Notes: generated by a model from the letters alone, not told the origin. Numbered from the stretch's first letter, positions 25,301 to 38,151 are shown. The stretch is DNA of 59,570 bases from Phoronis australis (GCA_002633005.1 NMRA01000007.1:243484-303053), one strand, 5' to 3'. Translations and numbers: made by a program.

Positions 25301-28300
25301 CTGTTGGAGAAACAATGAATACGGATTGACTATAAAGCACTATATGCTGGCACAAAAATACTATATTGCCATCTTGTGATGCAGCAGATTTTAACATGCT
25401 GCAGCTATATCAGAAAACGGATTTAATATGAGCACAAGTTGTAATTTGTGACAATTCTGATGCTTCAAAGCAAATTCTAAACATTGCAATCAAGGCACTG
25501 GCTCATATGAGGGGATAAGTGCCTGTACTTTCTTAGGGGAATACTTCAGAAGAAACTAAGGAAAAACTCCCACCCCACACTGCTCAGAGCAGACTACACA
25601 TCAGGCTGTGTGGTTGCTTAGAACTGGTTAACCTTGAGTAGTAGGGGTGCCTGGTAATGAACCAAAAATTCCACAAATGCCTTTCTTTGCTCAATACCAT
25701 GTGATCACCCCTGCACTTACAGTAAACTAATCCACAGGCTGTGAACAACAGAAAAGCATGACTGCTAAGTGAGGCGTTTCACAGTAATAAAAACCTTCTT
25801 AACCAAGGGCCTGTGTAAGCTAAACGTAATTCTACTTGCGAGGGTAATTTTTCAATCATTAGAGGGGAATTTTGGGCCCAACGAAGGGAACTGCATGTGG
25901 TTTTTAAATGTTTTTTTTTCAGAGAGGAATGACGCCGATATTCTGCCCCAATAGCTAGGCATTGAGTGTACTAAGGCAGGCTTAGACAGACAGACAATTA
26001 GGAGAAAACTGGGAAAGTTGATATAATGAATGAGAATTCCAAGAAAATGCTGTGAGCATCACCGTGGTTTTCTAATTCCCTATCTCTGTCTAATGGTGTA
26101 CCTGAGTTAGACACTGAAGGAGACGGGGTTTTTCTCCGGCGTTTCACTTCACTCGAACTGGCAGCCATAGGCCATAAGGAATACTTTGTGCTAATATCTG
26201 TCTTGGACGATATGCGCGACCGGGTTGCCTGCAAGGGTAGAAAACAAAGGTTAACATATTTATACAGGGTTATTGTACAAGGTGAAAAGTATGGGATACT
26301 CAACTATAATACCCACGAGCATCAAATCACCATCATGGACTCGGCATAAACCACAGAGTTGTATGTACGAACCATATTCTGTCAATGAATGTATTGATGA
26401 CAAGTGTGGGTGTGTCATTTTGCAGTCCATAGGCGTAATTTTTGTTGATCGGCAGGATGTTGCAGTTTGTACAAATGATGGAAAATGTCCTGCAGGTGAT
26501 TCAAGCTCATGCATATGATAGCCCGTTATCCATCCATGTTTTACAGCAAGATAAACCACAAGCATGCAAAAATAACAAATCAAACTATGACGAAGACCCC
26601 GGTTTTCTGTTCTCCAAAACGGAGAAATCTGTCTCAGCTGACATGAATTTCCGTTTTTTTCCGTTTTCTAAAGTATCAAATTTCCTTTTACTATTTCTAA
26701 CTGACAAATATCATAAAAACTAATCTGGAAATGCCAAACTTAGTGCCCTCAATTATGCTGAAATGTTGTTTTATTCACAATTTGCTGCAGGCCAAGTTTA
26801 TTGTTTCTCAAAACCGAAAAAGAATGAACAGGAACTTGAACATGCCTGCTGCAAAACAATCATTGATTGGTTTTTAACCAGAAAATGTCGATTTTGATGG
26901 ATTATATTCCTAATTTTTGGTAATTAAACTCCCAAAACATGAGAATTATGGCATGTGCTATTGAAATACGGAAATTCTGTTCGAGCTCTCTAATTCCGTT
27001 ACAGAAGTTTGTTTTCCGTTATCGTGGATGCGTCTACAACTATCAGTAAAATGCTCTTGAGTATCAGAACCAAGTTTCAAAGCCTACAGAACCTGGTGCA
27101 TTATATGGGCAATTCACCTACTCCTTCCAACAAAAAACAGCTTTAGATTTATGGTGCTTATTGTTTAATATCAGTCCCATACTGTGATGACAAATTATTT
27201 CTAGGCTTTAGAACAACGAACGGGCTGTTATCTATTCCAACACACTAAGCCCAGTTCAATTTACAAATTGCTTGTCACGGCGGTTTAGTATCAGCCACCG
27301 CAGCAGAATGGCCGCCTGGGGAATCCCAGGAAATTTATTGAAACCAACTTGAATTCAAAGGACAAGGATGCAGTGAAAATGTTTTTCACAGTGCTCTTAA
27401 CCACAACATCCCCGAGTACAAGATGAATCAAAGTTTAATTGGCATCAGCAACACACTCAATTATGTTTGGAAAAGTCATTCTCAATGCTTGTCACGTTTC
27501 TCCTTTGTGTGTGTGACAAGACACATCTAGCACAGTCTACCCAGGTATATGATCCAGACCCAAGTGACAGTCTGTGTTCTTGGAATAACCTGAGTTGATG
27601 AATCCAACACAAATACCAATTCATGAATAGCCCAAATAAACAACAGGGGAAATAACTCTGCAGGCTTACCCGTCCACGGTAACGCTTTCTACTACTTCCA
27701 ATCTCTTTGTTATGCTGGAAAAAAACAACAAATTAATGTAAATAAAAAACTAACCAGAAGTAGTACCTATAAGATCAGGGTTCGCCACAACCTACTTTAA
27801 CGTGTTGCTGGGACCTATTTGCTGGCAATTGCGACACATTCAAATCAAACCAACATCTTTGAAAAGTCGCCGACATGTTAAAATGCCTCTTGGGCACATT
27901 TGAGTTTTAACGCGTAGAGAACACTACTAGGTACAGCTGTAAATGAACAATTTGTTATCTGTTTGTAATAAGTTGTCATTAGTTTTTAAATATAAGAAGT
28001 TGAATAACTGTTGTTCTTCTGTAATGCTGATCTGACTAACAAAGGAGGTACATGTGCACTTAAGATTATGCAACAGCAAGTACATCTGCACTATAAAGAA
28101 TGTCAGCCACTTCGTGATTTTGGGAAATTTATTGACATTTGTAATCAGTTGTGGAAAACATTGCAGACTGTGGCCAATGATAAGCTTAAGGAAAGTAACG
28201 AATCACGGCTGTAGTAGGCAGTCTTTAATATGCAAAGTGACTGATGCTCATAGTCTCTGGCTTACAAAATGATTTAAGAATGGCAATACAGTGACCCTAG

Positions 28301-31300
28301 GGTGAGAAAGTTGAGTTTATCCTGGCAGATCAGATTGGATAGACGACAGTGCTAAACAAATCAAATATCAGAAGCTGCCAATAGAGAGTGCAGTATTGCT
28401 TTTCCGATATATAATTGAAGACAGGAACGACACGAGTCAACTCACGATAAATGGAGGTCATGGATATTTGTTAAAAGATATCACAAGTACCCAACTGTCA
28501 CACTCCGACAAGTGCTCTATAAAAAAGTACAAACACCAATGAAAATAGGGGTAGTTTCTACACAATTCCCAGAACACAAAGACACTATTTCAAATGAAAA
28601 TATCCATACTTGATGAAATAAAAATCTGTGAGATGGTGAAATAAACTATAAAAAACAGCATCACTGACCTTATTTAGGAACTTTGCAGCACGTAGCCGGT
28701 AGCTGTTCTGCGAGTTCTTCGGCAGGTATTCAAATGAGCCTTTTAAAATTTTCTCAAAAACAGGATCTGTATCTTCTGTCTTCTGTTTATCTTTCTCCCA
28801 CCAAGGTATAATGCCTGAATGAATGCAATGGAGAGCAGTGAGAATTGTGACATAAGTGAGATAGTAAAAAACATGGTTGTCATGGGTCATCCAGAATTTT
28901 GTTATTTTTCCATGACCTACCCAGAAAATGTCTAGACTTTTCTTGGACAGAACAGAGCAGGACACCAGGAAGTAATTTTAAGGATTGCTTTGACAGCAAA
29001 ATTAATGCTACAAAAATGCATATTTTCAATATCCATAATGCTGACAGCATCGACGAATGTGTTTACAAATATCTCCCAGTTTTGGAAGTTACAAAAATAT
29101 TTCAGACTCTGAGTCTTTTAAAATTGTGTTTCTTTATTCTATTAGGTACAAAGACATGGGTGGGATGTTCTTTTAAGCCCTTTTAGCCCAAGAGCCAGCG
29201 GAATTCTTGGGTTAAAATGTTGAAAGGAAGTCCCAAATACGTTTTTATATTATAGTAAATCCCAAATACACTTTCACAGTTAACAAAATAGACAAAATTT
29301 GCAGCTTTCATGCAAAAAATCATGTTTGTGGAATTTACAGCAATCTCTGTGAAAAATCAAGGATTTTTAGGGAAAGAAACAATCACATGATTACGAACTG
29401 GGCATAATTATCTGCACATAAAAAACTGTAATCACTGAGAAATTTAAAAATAGTTAGTTTTATGGGACAACTATCAATAGTTATTTAAAGTTACGTGGTA
29501 CCTAAGAAAAATGATTAATTTTGGCCAACTTCAGAACATCGTATCTCAGACATGGCTGACCGGTTTCACATGAAACTTTCAGACGCTTCGCACACTGTTC
29601 CCCAAAACGCTGTTAAGAATTCTTCTTCAAAGGTTCCACTTTAACATGAGGGGATAGGACTTAATAAAAATTTAAATTTGCAAAGAACGAAAATGAAATG
29701 ATAATTTAGAAAACTGTAAGAGTGTATCGGACGAAATTCGGTCATGTTATTAATCCTGTTGTTTTGCTATAAATGTAGTTTTCTTTTTTGCTAAATTCTA
29801 ACAAGCAAGGCTGTGTGACCTAATTAGTGGTAGATTGGTATAAAGTCAAAAATCAAATTCTAATAAATTACTGCTTTCAGAAATATAAACTTTCAACGGG
29901 TTAAATTAAAGTCTTGTGAATATTTGCCTAAATTTACAGACTTGTCAATAGGGTTCTACGTAACTTTAAGAAAATCGATCCTTGGTAATGAAGGTATACT
30001 ATTACACTGAAGACCATTCTTTAAAGTGTACATACCTGGTATACCATAAGTTGGTCCTGATTCATGGAAGAAGTCGCTCTGTTCATCATCTCCGTCCTGC
30101 CCCTCATCAAAGGTAAATATACCATCATCGGTGTCACTACTTCCAAGTGAGCTGCTCTCTTCTCTGCAATAACACACAGTAAGATGAAGGCATGTCAACG
30201 TAACAAAACAATGTAAACAACATGGTCAAACACAGCAATTTTGAATGTTTTTGGTGTAATCTAACATTTTTTATATGTTTTAATACAAAACACCATGATC
30301 ACTTAAAAAAGTATATTGAGCAATGTTTATGTAATATGGCAAATTAGATTGGGACATATCATTTCACACAATATTGAGTGTCGATGGTTTCAATCGATTT
30401 AATTTTGCAAAGTTTACAAAAAATTGAGAATTGATTTAGGGTAATATAACATTTCTTGTTTTCTATGGAGCTCAAAGGTGTTATTTTTGGCATAATCAAC
30501 CACTTCATGACTATTTTGCAGTACTTCAAACTTAGTAAGTCATTTATGACCGATTGATGAAGCACTGAATAGGACTTTAAGGAAGAGAATAATAATGTTC
30601 ATCAAGCAATTGAAACTCTATGATATTAAGCAATAGAGGACTGTTAAGTACATAACATGACCCACTTGCAAATGAAACGGTGCAGCGAAATAATAATATT
30701 CATTCGCACACACGCTCATTTCTAGGTCAATTAGATTAGAGCAAATATACCATCACAGGTTCTGGTCTGTTTTTTTCTCAAAAATTGATGTGCTAGTATG
30801 GTATTTTTTAGTTGTCCATATTCTTTGCAAGAAAAATTCATTTGATGTCATTTGAAATGGTTCTTTATCTTTCTTTCTTAAATTTTGACCCACAAGGTCA
30901 TCTGATGCATGCTCAGATGGGTTGGGATCTCTTTTTACCCAACTCCATCCAATGTAAGCTTTGAAGCGCAGGTCTGAAAATGAGTTGGGCTCTGAGCAGA
31001 ACCAGTTATGCTATTTTTTTCAGCCTTACCTATACAATTACTTATGAGCAAAAATACAACAACGAATCAAAGAAAATTTGGAAGGCATTGAAAATCGAAT
31101 GGTGCAATTCACACAAAGATGCAAAGACTAGTGCCCTATCTTAGTGGCAGTAGTTAATAATTATACACTACCTTTGGCCACATAACCTGTTCCATTGTTC
31201 ATTGAGCTGTAATTATTGAACAATGCTTTTGACCAAATTTATCCAGCGGACTATGCTTGGAGTATTTTTAAAGTCCACTCATGAGAAATTTAACACATTC

Positions 31301-32605
31301 AACAAAGTTTGCACAATAGAGCTACAGTGCAATGGATGTAATTTTAGAAAAATCATTAAAGATTATGCATTTAGGTGAATCAAGATGATTAGTATGGTGG
31401 CAGCACAATACAGCATATCTTTTTATTTTCCCACGCCTTCTCTTTACTGAAAGAATTATCCGTACAGTTTGTTAAAGACAGTTATTCATTTGATACTGAC
31501 ATTGCTCTGTCATAAGACAGAGCCCTCAATGCCATGCCTTGATATTGGGGTTGAAATTTCGGCGCCACTCCCTACGAAAAATATTTAAAAATCAGGCAAA
31601 ATTCCCCTCGTCAAGTTCAAAAACTTCCCTCCAGTGACTGAAAATTCCCTCAAAGTTTAAATCACTTCAGCAAACTTTTAAGGCTTGGCTACTTGAGGCA
31701 TCGCCAATGAAGGGTAGCACAGGTGGTGACGAGAAAAGAGAATTTTCCCGCCACCAAACCCCCCCCTCTCGGAAGGTACAAGAACCTTTACATTCACCTG
31801 AGCGAAGGCCCGCGAGAGCAGGTCGCAGAAAAAAATTGGGCGATGTCCTTTTACAGTAACTATAAAATGAAGTCTACTGATACAGCCACAGTAACTCCCA
31901 GTAGCCACAATAAGCCACTTACTCCTGTTCTTGTTGACAGTCCATTGTAGACGCTCCACTATGGGGATCCTGCATGGTGACATCACGACCCATCGGTCGC
32001 TTTCTCGATGTATTTGATGGCGTTAACACACCACACATTGGACTGTCTTTGACTTGCGCCGGGTTACGGGACTTTGTTCGGCGGTGTTTAGGTCTTGCAC
32101 CATGTGCTACAACCTCGGCCACTGGTTCCGGGTCAACTGCCATTTGCTTGAACTTCCGTCTCCGTCTCTGCCTCATTGGTGAAAATGTCTCATTTACAGA
32201 ATCGGACTCGTGCAGTGAAAGATTGTTTAAAACGGGCAGCGAACAAGTAGACAATCGTTTTGTCACAAGAATATCATCGGAATCACTGTGTAAAGCTATG
32301 CTATCAAAGTAGTCTTTTACAGCCTCATCAAAGCTACTCTGTGACGCTTCACTCTTGTTGCCATGTTCTGTCATTGAACTGCCTGGGTTCGACGCACTTC
32401 GTCTCTTCAACACCCTTCGTTTCCTAGTCTGCCGTCTTAACATGTGGTCCAGCACCATGTCACTGCTGCGTGCCTTAGACGACTCATCCAGTGCGCTAGA
32501 CAAGTCCTGAACGAGTTTCTCCATATTCACAAAACCATATGACGTGACAACTTGAAGACTTCCAAACTGATCGACGATCGTACTCTCGATAGCTCTGTTT
32601 TCCAT
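25113..32605 (-). CDS. GPATCH2: G-patch domain-containing protein 2-like, 6 coding exons, about 438 aa
   Basis: Exons 32605-31923, 30163-30036, 28814-28669, 27714-27670, 26228-26102, 25300-25113, all GT-AG and in phase. Family motifs: [67 protein letters not shown] and a C-terminal G-patch ([30 protein letters not shown]...RQGLG). The start could instead be the downstream M of MEKLVQD. Confidence 0.93.
26102..26228 (-). CDS. GPATCH2: GPATCH2 exon ...[12 protein letters not shown]...
   Basis: ttgcag| and |gtacac, phase 0/1. Confidence 0.85.
27670..27714 (-). CDS. GPATCH2: GPATCH2 45-nt exon [15 protein letters not shown]
   Basis: ttttttccag| and |gtaagc, phase 0/0, so skippable in frame. Confidence 0.7.
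28669..28814 (-). CDS. GPATCH2: GPATCH2 exon GIIPWWEK...KFLNK
   Basis: ttcag| and |gtcagt, phase 1/0. Confidence 0.9.
30036..30163 (-). CDS. GPATCH2: GPATCH2 exon (GDDEQSD motif)
   Basis: ttgcag| and |gtatgt, phase 2/1. Confidence 0.9.
31923..32605 (-). CDS. GPATCH2: GPATCH2 first coding exon
   Basis: tttgtag| acceptor with exon start 32625, ATG at 32605, ga|gtaagt donor. Confidence 0.9.
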
Positions 32606-33175
32606 GGGGAGAGAATATTCACGTCCTACAAAGATCAAACATAACATGGGCACTTTTCAAAGAATACCGTATTATGTCAATTGAGATAACTCATCATGCA
32701 ATTCAAACAAAGGAACTTGTTTCAAATCGTTAAAAGTTTTATGTAGTTTAGTATCAGAAAAACTAATTTCTGAGCAAACTTTGCTTCGGCAAATCTGTCA
32801 TCATATCCAGAAACATGTCGCAAGAAATTTAGGAAGTGGGCCATGTGCGTGTCATTAGCGCACCGACAGAGTTTTCTTTGTAAAAGCGGAATAACAACAC
32901 AAAAACGAATTTGCAAGAGTAACGGGCACAGTGAGAGTCAGTTGACACCCAGATTTTGCATGCACTCCATCCATTTGTTAGCTCAACATGTTGACAAAAG
33001 TTTCATGATGAGGTGACAAGCAGAAATATCCCGAATGTGTGAAATTTCTAGGTCTATATAAAATTAACATGTGCCCATTTCCAGACTTCATACAACTACC
33101 TAGCTATCATGACGAACAGTAGCTTTTGTGCAAAACTGTATATACTAAATGTATATTCCCTGGCTGGCTAGCTTT

Positions 33176-34083
33176 TAGACAGTGACCACCATATCTGGCT
33201 AGACCCAGTAAAGACGGTGAAGCTCCTGTAGGAAGCTTTCCAGTGAATTATGCCTCACACTGATTAAAACATCAGTCACGTTGTTATGAGCACCTTTTGC
33301 TCATAGACGGACACCTTAGAAGGTCGTCAATGCTTTTAAATCCTTTCAACTGGAACTTTTTCTTCAAGCAGTCACTCGTTCAGTTCCCAAAATCGTGAAC
33401 TCACCATTTTTATACTGCGCACGCTCCAATTTTTACCGCGCTCGCTAGGTGATGTGACTTTATGACCTCAATCTTTAAATAGGCCAAAGGTGAGTCATTG
33501 CGGTCTTGTCAGTCAAATGTTCGTTTCCAAAATGCCACCACTGCTTGTCTTTAATTGGTGTTACTTGAAACTGATTGTATTTCAATGAATTATTGTTTGT
33601 ATTCGATAAAAATGTTGATATGACATTTAATAGTCTTTGTGCACATATTTGACATTTTAATGTTTAACAACACGGCAAATGCATGGCTGGTTCCCGGCAG
33701 CACGTACGCAGAGGGCGGGGAATTCAGCTTTCAAAGTTCGCTGGTAGGACCGCAACTTCTGACCTTCGGCCTGGTTAAAAGAATGAGGTCATATCTCTTG
33801 GCGTGCGACGAGTGAAAATGGTGAGTTCACGATTTTGGGAACTGAAACAGGGACTGCTCAAAGAAAAAGTTTGATAACGGGAGTATTTGTTACAGTTGGA
33901 AGGAATTAAATAAATCGACAACCTCCTAAGATGTTCCTCTATGCGCAAAAGGTATTTATAACGTGACTTTGACGTATTAGTCAGTGCGAGGCATAATTTG
34001 TCGAAAAAGCTTCCGTCGTATGGAGCGCCTGTAGGAGCTGCATCGCCTCTGGTCGGGCCAACAGAGGCGATGATCACTGCCTA
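33176..34083. mobile_element. Long-TIR element copy 2 (opposite orientation, diverged TIRs) in the putative GPATCH2 5'-UTR intron
   Basis: Internal region matches the reverse complement of copy 1; termini TAGACAGTGACC / GATCACTGCCTA; no TSD visible. Confidence 0.88.
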
Positions 34084-34415
34084 ACACGTTCCTCAACCTC
34101 TAATCTATGACAATGGCAATAAAACATGTTTTCAGTTTACAGTTAAGAGATAAAGCACATAAAATTCCATTGCCTGAGCGCAGAAAGAAAAATCAGAGGA
34201 AGGTCTAGCACAGATTTTCGATCATTTAGGTGCCACTGCCAGGATCGGTGAACATTTGGATATCGCCCAGTCGGCCCCAGAAAGGCATCCACTGAATCCA
34301 GTCGAATATTTGACACAACTACAAACAGAATCAAGCATTATATATATCTGCAATCAGGATTAAAATCAAGACTGAAATCTGATTATAGCTTACAGCAAAC
34401 AACTGCACTGCTAAC

Positions 34416-34530
34416 CTTAATAAACAAAGTTACGCAATCGGACCGCCAGAATGACACATGTTTTCTTCACTTTCGGGCAAGAAAGCAACATTTCTTCCTC
34501 CATGTTTGTTTTCCAATGATCGGCTAATTC
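34416..34530 (-). other. Putative 5'-UTR first exon of GPATCH2 containing a 28-aa uORF (34503-34417)
   Basis: aag|gttagc donor at 34416, lies next to the divergent promoter, ATG context aaacATGG; 5' boundary approximate. Confidence 0.5.
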
Positions 34531-34560
34531 CGTGAAACCCCCCATATACACGAACTGTCG

Positions 34561-34573
34561 GTTGCACGGAAAC
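34561..34573. promoter_or_regulatory. RFX X-box-like site in the GPATCH2/TEX43 bidirectional promoter
   Basis: GTTGCACGGAAAC, an imperfect palindrome resembling GTTGCCATGG[AC]AAC, 56 nt upstream of the TEX43-like ATG. Confidence 0.6.
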
Positions 34574-34629
34574 AGTCGGGCGGTCACGGATACAAGCGGA
34601 GAGTTAGTCACATGACAAAACAAACAAAA

Positions 34630-37600
34630 ATGGCTTTCGATCTGAGGACTCCGAAACACGGCAGTGAACAAAGGTAAATATTAAACATGTTCTAGTCAAT
34701 TACAGTTAATATAAACATTCACATTTTGCTAAAATAACTGTTTTGAAGAAATTTTATAATAAACAAGAAAATATAGAAGAGGTTTTGTATCTAAAATCGC
34801 CTTTACAGTGCCCGGTTGCCAATAGTTACGACAGACGCCCGGTCATCACATGTTCTGGTGGGCTGAAAACAGATGCTGACTGAGTCAAAACAGTGAAAAT
34901 GATTCTGAAATTGAACGGATTTTGAAGACACAACATATTCTGATCAAAAACTGTATAAAATTTTGTATAAACACCTCTGAACAACTTAGTTTTTTCCCAA
35001 AAGGACAGTCGAGATCGCACGGTGGGAACCGTAGCTGTTGTGATCATTAGCCCCTTCACTGAAAACCAAAGACACCTTCGAACTAAAATAAAAAAACATA
35101 GTAGTTTGGTTACCAACCATTTCTTCTGTTGGTAAATATAGGTCAGACCAGTGTATTGAATTTCTTCCGCGGTTGGGAATGTCCACCTTTTACACACAAA
35201 GCATTAACAGTCAAGCAACTGATTTTTGTGGTCAAGTGTAGAAAAAATGCCGAAAAACGGTCAAACAACTCAGTGTAGTCAAGTGAAGAAAAATACTGGC
35301 AGCATGCCAATAATGATGTCTTATTTTTTTCTCATAATGGTGTAAGTGGCTAAAAGTTCCTGATCTTAGTTGACAACTGGAGGTGCTAGTTTAATCATTG
35401 TAGGGAAATAATTATCTATACTTCGTCGATAGCAACCAGGTTATTGTTGCTTGGGCATCTGCGGATCAAAATGACCACTTTCAAAGTAAAATAAAATAAA
35501 GTAAATATAAGTTCCATTCTGAGGACAGCAGAACCTTAGAAAACATGAAGTGTTTGTGTTAGGCTTGCCTTATTGCATGACTTGATATTTTGTGAGTGTC
35601 CCAATCCGATCCTATGTAATAGTCATATTATCAATATGGTCCATGTAATAGTCATATTACCTAATCACTGTAATTAATATAAATTAACATTTTCAAACAT
35701 AGATTTAAATGAATCCAGGTATAGTGTTGAAGAAATCCATTGAGCTGTTTTACCGCTGTTGCCTTCTGAAATTAACCACATCATAATATTGATTGATAGG
35801 TTTTATTAATTAATTATTTACATACTTAATTAGAAAATTTAGAGGTCATTTTGCATGAGGAAAAATGTTCCTTTCTTCAAGTTATAAACTGTCACCATGA
35901 TGAGTTTGGAACACAGCAATAAACCTGCCATGACATTGCTTTCAGAAAAAAAACAAAAAACACACTTATGCGGTAAGCTTTGTTTACAGTCTTGTGCGCT
36001 AAGCTTTGTTTACTTGTGCAGTAAGCTACGTTCACAGTGAATCTGTGGGAGGATATGAGGTATCTGGTATATAGTACAGAGCATGTGTCTTTGGACAATT
36101 GTTCTTTCACTAAATAGCTTAAGCCGTGCTGCGAGTTTGCTGTTCATTTGCTGAATCTACATTATGCAATAGCCTGATATAATGTGCCCGTATTTTGAGA
36201 ACCAGTTTGATGCCCATTATTTAGTGGAGAAAACTGGTTCTCAAAATTTGGGCACGTTATATCCGACCACTACCTCTACATAGTGCTTTTGTTATGTTAC
36301 AATACCCTCTGTATTTTCACGTCCATGGTACAACAGATAATCTTATCCAAAGTATATAGGAGTGGATATGAAATTAAGTGGTCCAACCTGCATTTGGTAA
36401 AATGTCGCCTGATGAGCTATAGCAAAGGCAACGTTTTTTGTATTGAGCGATAGCGTATGAATATCAATTACCTGTGGAGAAAAAATGTATTGTGAAATCT
36501 AGATATGCTGCTATATATTGATGATAAAGCTATCTATGGGGGAATCCACGGGCTGTCCAAAACAGTACATCCCATAATGCTATTTCAGAATCCACGGGCT
36601 GTCCAAAACTGTCAGGTGCATCCCATAATGCTTTTTCAGAATCCCTAACTATTCCCGCTCGCATCCAGTCATTCCCAGGAGTTACGTGCCAGAATGGAAG
36701 ACGGACATGAAGAACAGGAAACTGATTATTGAGGTAAGGAAGTGTTTTGATTAATGTTAATGAAACGTTTTGTTACTGTCCTTATGTTCCCGTCACTGAA
36801 TACTGGTAAAATCTCACCAGGTTAGGACACAACATGGCAGACTCACGAAATGTTGTTTCTTTATTTTTCAAAAGAGTGAGTAGCATCAAATAAATATTTT
36901 ATCATTTTAATTCTATCATGGCTACTAATAGACATTTGTGGTTAATCTCAACAAAGTTAGAAGTTAAAACTTTTGGGCTTTTTTGTTGTACATTTGATTG
37001 ATGAGATTTTGCCATAAATGGTCAAATTTGAATTTTTGCACATAAGTAGTCACAGTTGGCATGTAATTTTATCAGGTTTAGTCAAAATGCCACAGAAAGC
37101 GGACAGTATTTCCCAAAAAATCATCGATACATTTATTTTCTTATGTAATAAAAATCAGAAAGTTAAGAGGTACGCTACAATTTTGAGCACAAGTACTGAG
37201 TACATTTTACTTGTACTCACATTTGAAGCATGTCTCAGTTTACTTAATTGATACAGTTGAATATGGTTACCTTGTTCGAGCTGTTTTGAACATTTACAAT
37301 AATATAACGTACATAAATTCAGCATCCCAAATTTAACTAAATGAACGTAAGTCTACCGTAATTATATTACATAAATATTGTCATTAAATTTCTAAGGTTC
37401 CTTCATGTATGTATGTTTTACTGTAAGCGTTTCATAAGATTCTCACTGCAAAAGAAATATTGATTCATTCTCCCCTTCTTTTGTTTGATAATCAATAGTA
37501 TATTAACGTGATGATTGATGTGATATTGGCAAGTTAAAGCATACTGTGTCTTGTTTTCACCAATCAATGAAAAAATGTCACAGAAATGGGGACGTTATAT

Positions 37601-38151
37601 AAATTAGTCCTGATGTATCACTTTTTACTATCATATTTTGTCAGCTTATAAAAATGGGATTTGGTGCCATTCAATTTTGTCATCCATATTGTGGCACACA
37701 AGACATTCGCGAAAGAGCTTCAAAGTTTTGTGTTAAATTGTTTTGTATTTTGAAGATATTGGATGTCATGTTGAAAGATCGTCGTTAGGGACCACGAATT
37801 GACCAACATTATGTGGGTCAAAGGTCATGTCATAGAGTAATTTGAATGACATTATGTGGGTCAAAAGTCAAGTCATAGAGTATATTGAATGCAACAACGA
37901 AATGTATGGCCGTATTTGATTTGCAGAATGCTGACATCGGTATGATTCCTCATTACGAGCACGACGAGCAGCTTTTCCTGGACAAACGTGAACAAATGAC
38001 ATACAACGTTGAGAACAGAGTGCGGGTCAACAGTAAATGCCCCATACCAGACAGATACGAACTCTTACGTCCAGAATTTCCTCACGAAACATCAAAGTAT
38101 CAGAGCGAGTTAATGCAACGAACAGACGCAAAGAAACCAATGAACGCATAG
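34630..38151 (+). CDS. TEX43: TEX43/SPMIP10-like small sperm or ciliary microtubule protein, 3 exons, 120 aa
   Basis: Exons 34630-34673 (|gtaaat), 36640-36733 (ttttcag|, |gtaagg), 37927-38151 (ttgcag|, TAG), in phase. IPNYSRSHPVIPRSYVPEWKTDMKNR, DEQLFLDKREQM and TSKYQS parallel recalled vertebrate TEX43 blocks (IPRRYVMPWKENM, EDSLFLNHSERL, LSRYQS). AATAAA at 38296. Confidence 0.78.
36170..36272. repeat. ~100-bp dispersed hairpin element, copy 2 (TEX43-like intron 1)
   Basis: GATATAATGTGCCCGTATTTTGAGAACCAGTTT...AAACTGGTTCTCAAAATTTGGGCACGTTATATC. Confidence 0.75.

Noticed and set aside
31974-32312. Plus-strand ORFs opposite GPATCH2 and KNL1 exons (also 47734, 50555, 50852, 51443)
   Set aside because: Antisense shadows of real coding exons
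35895-35960. Intronic C/D box snoRNA (ATGATGA)
   Set aside because: No suitably placed terminal CTGA box or terminal stem
34630-38151. SPATA17 as the divergent partner of GPATCH2
   Set aside because: No IQ motifs; the translation resembles TEX43 instead
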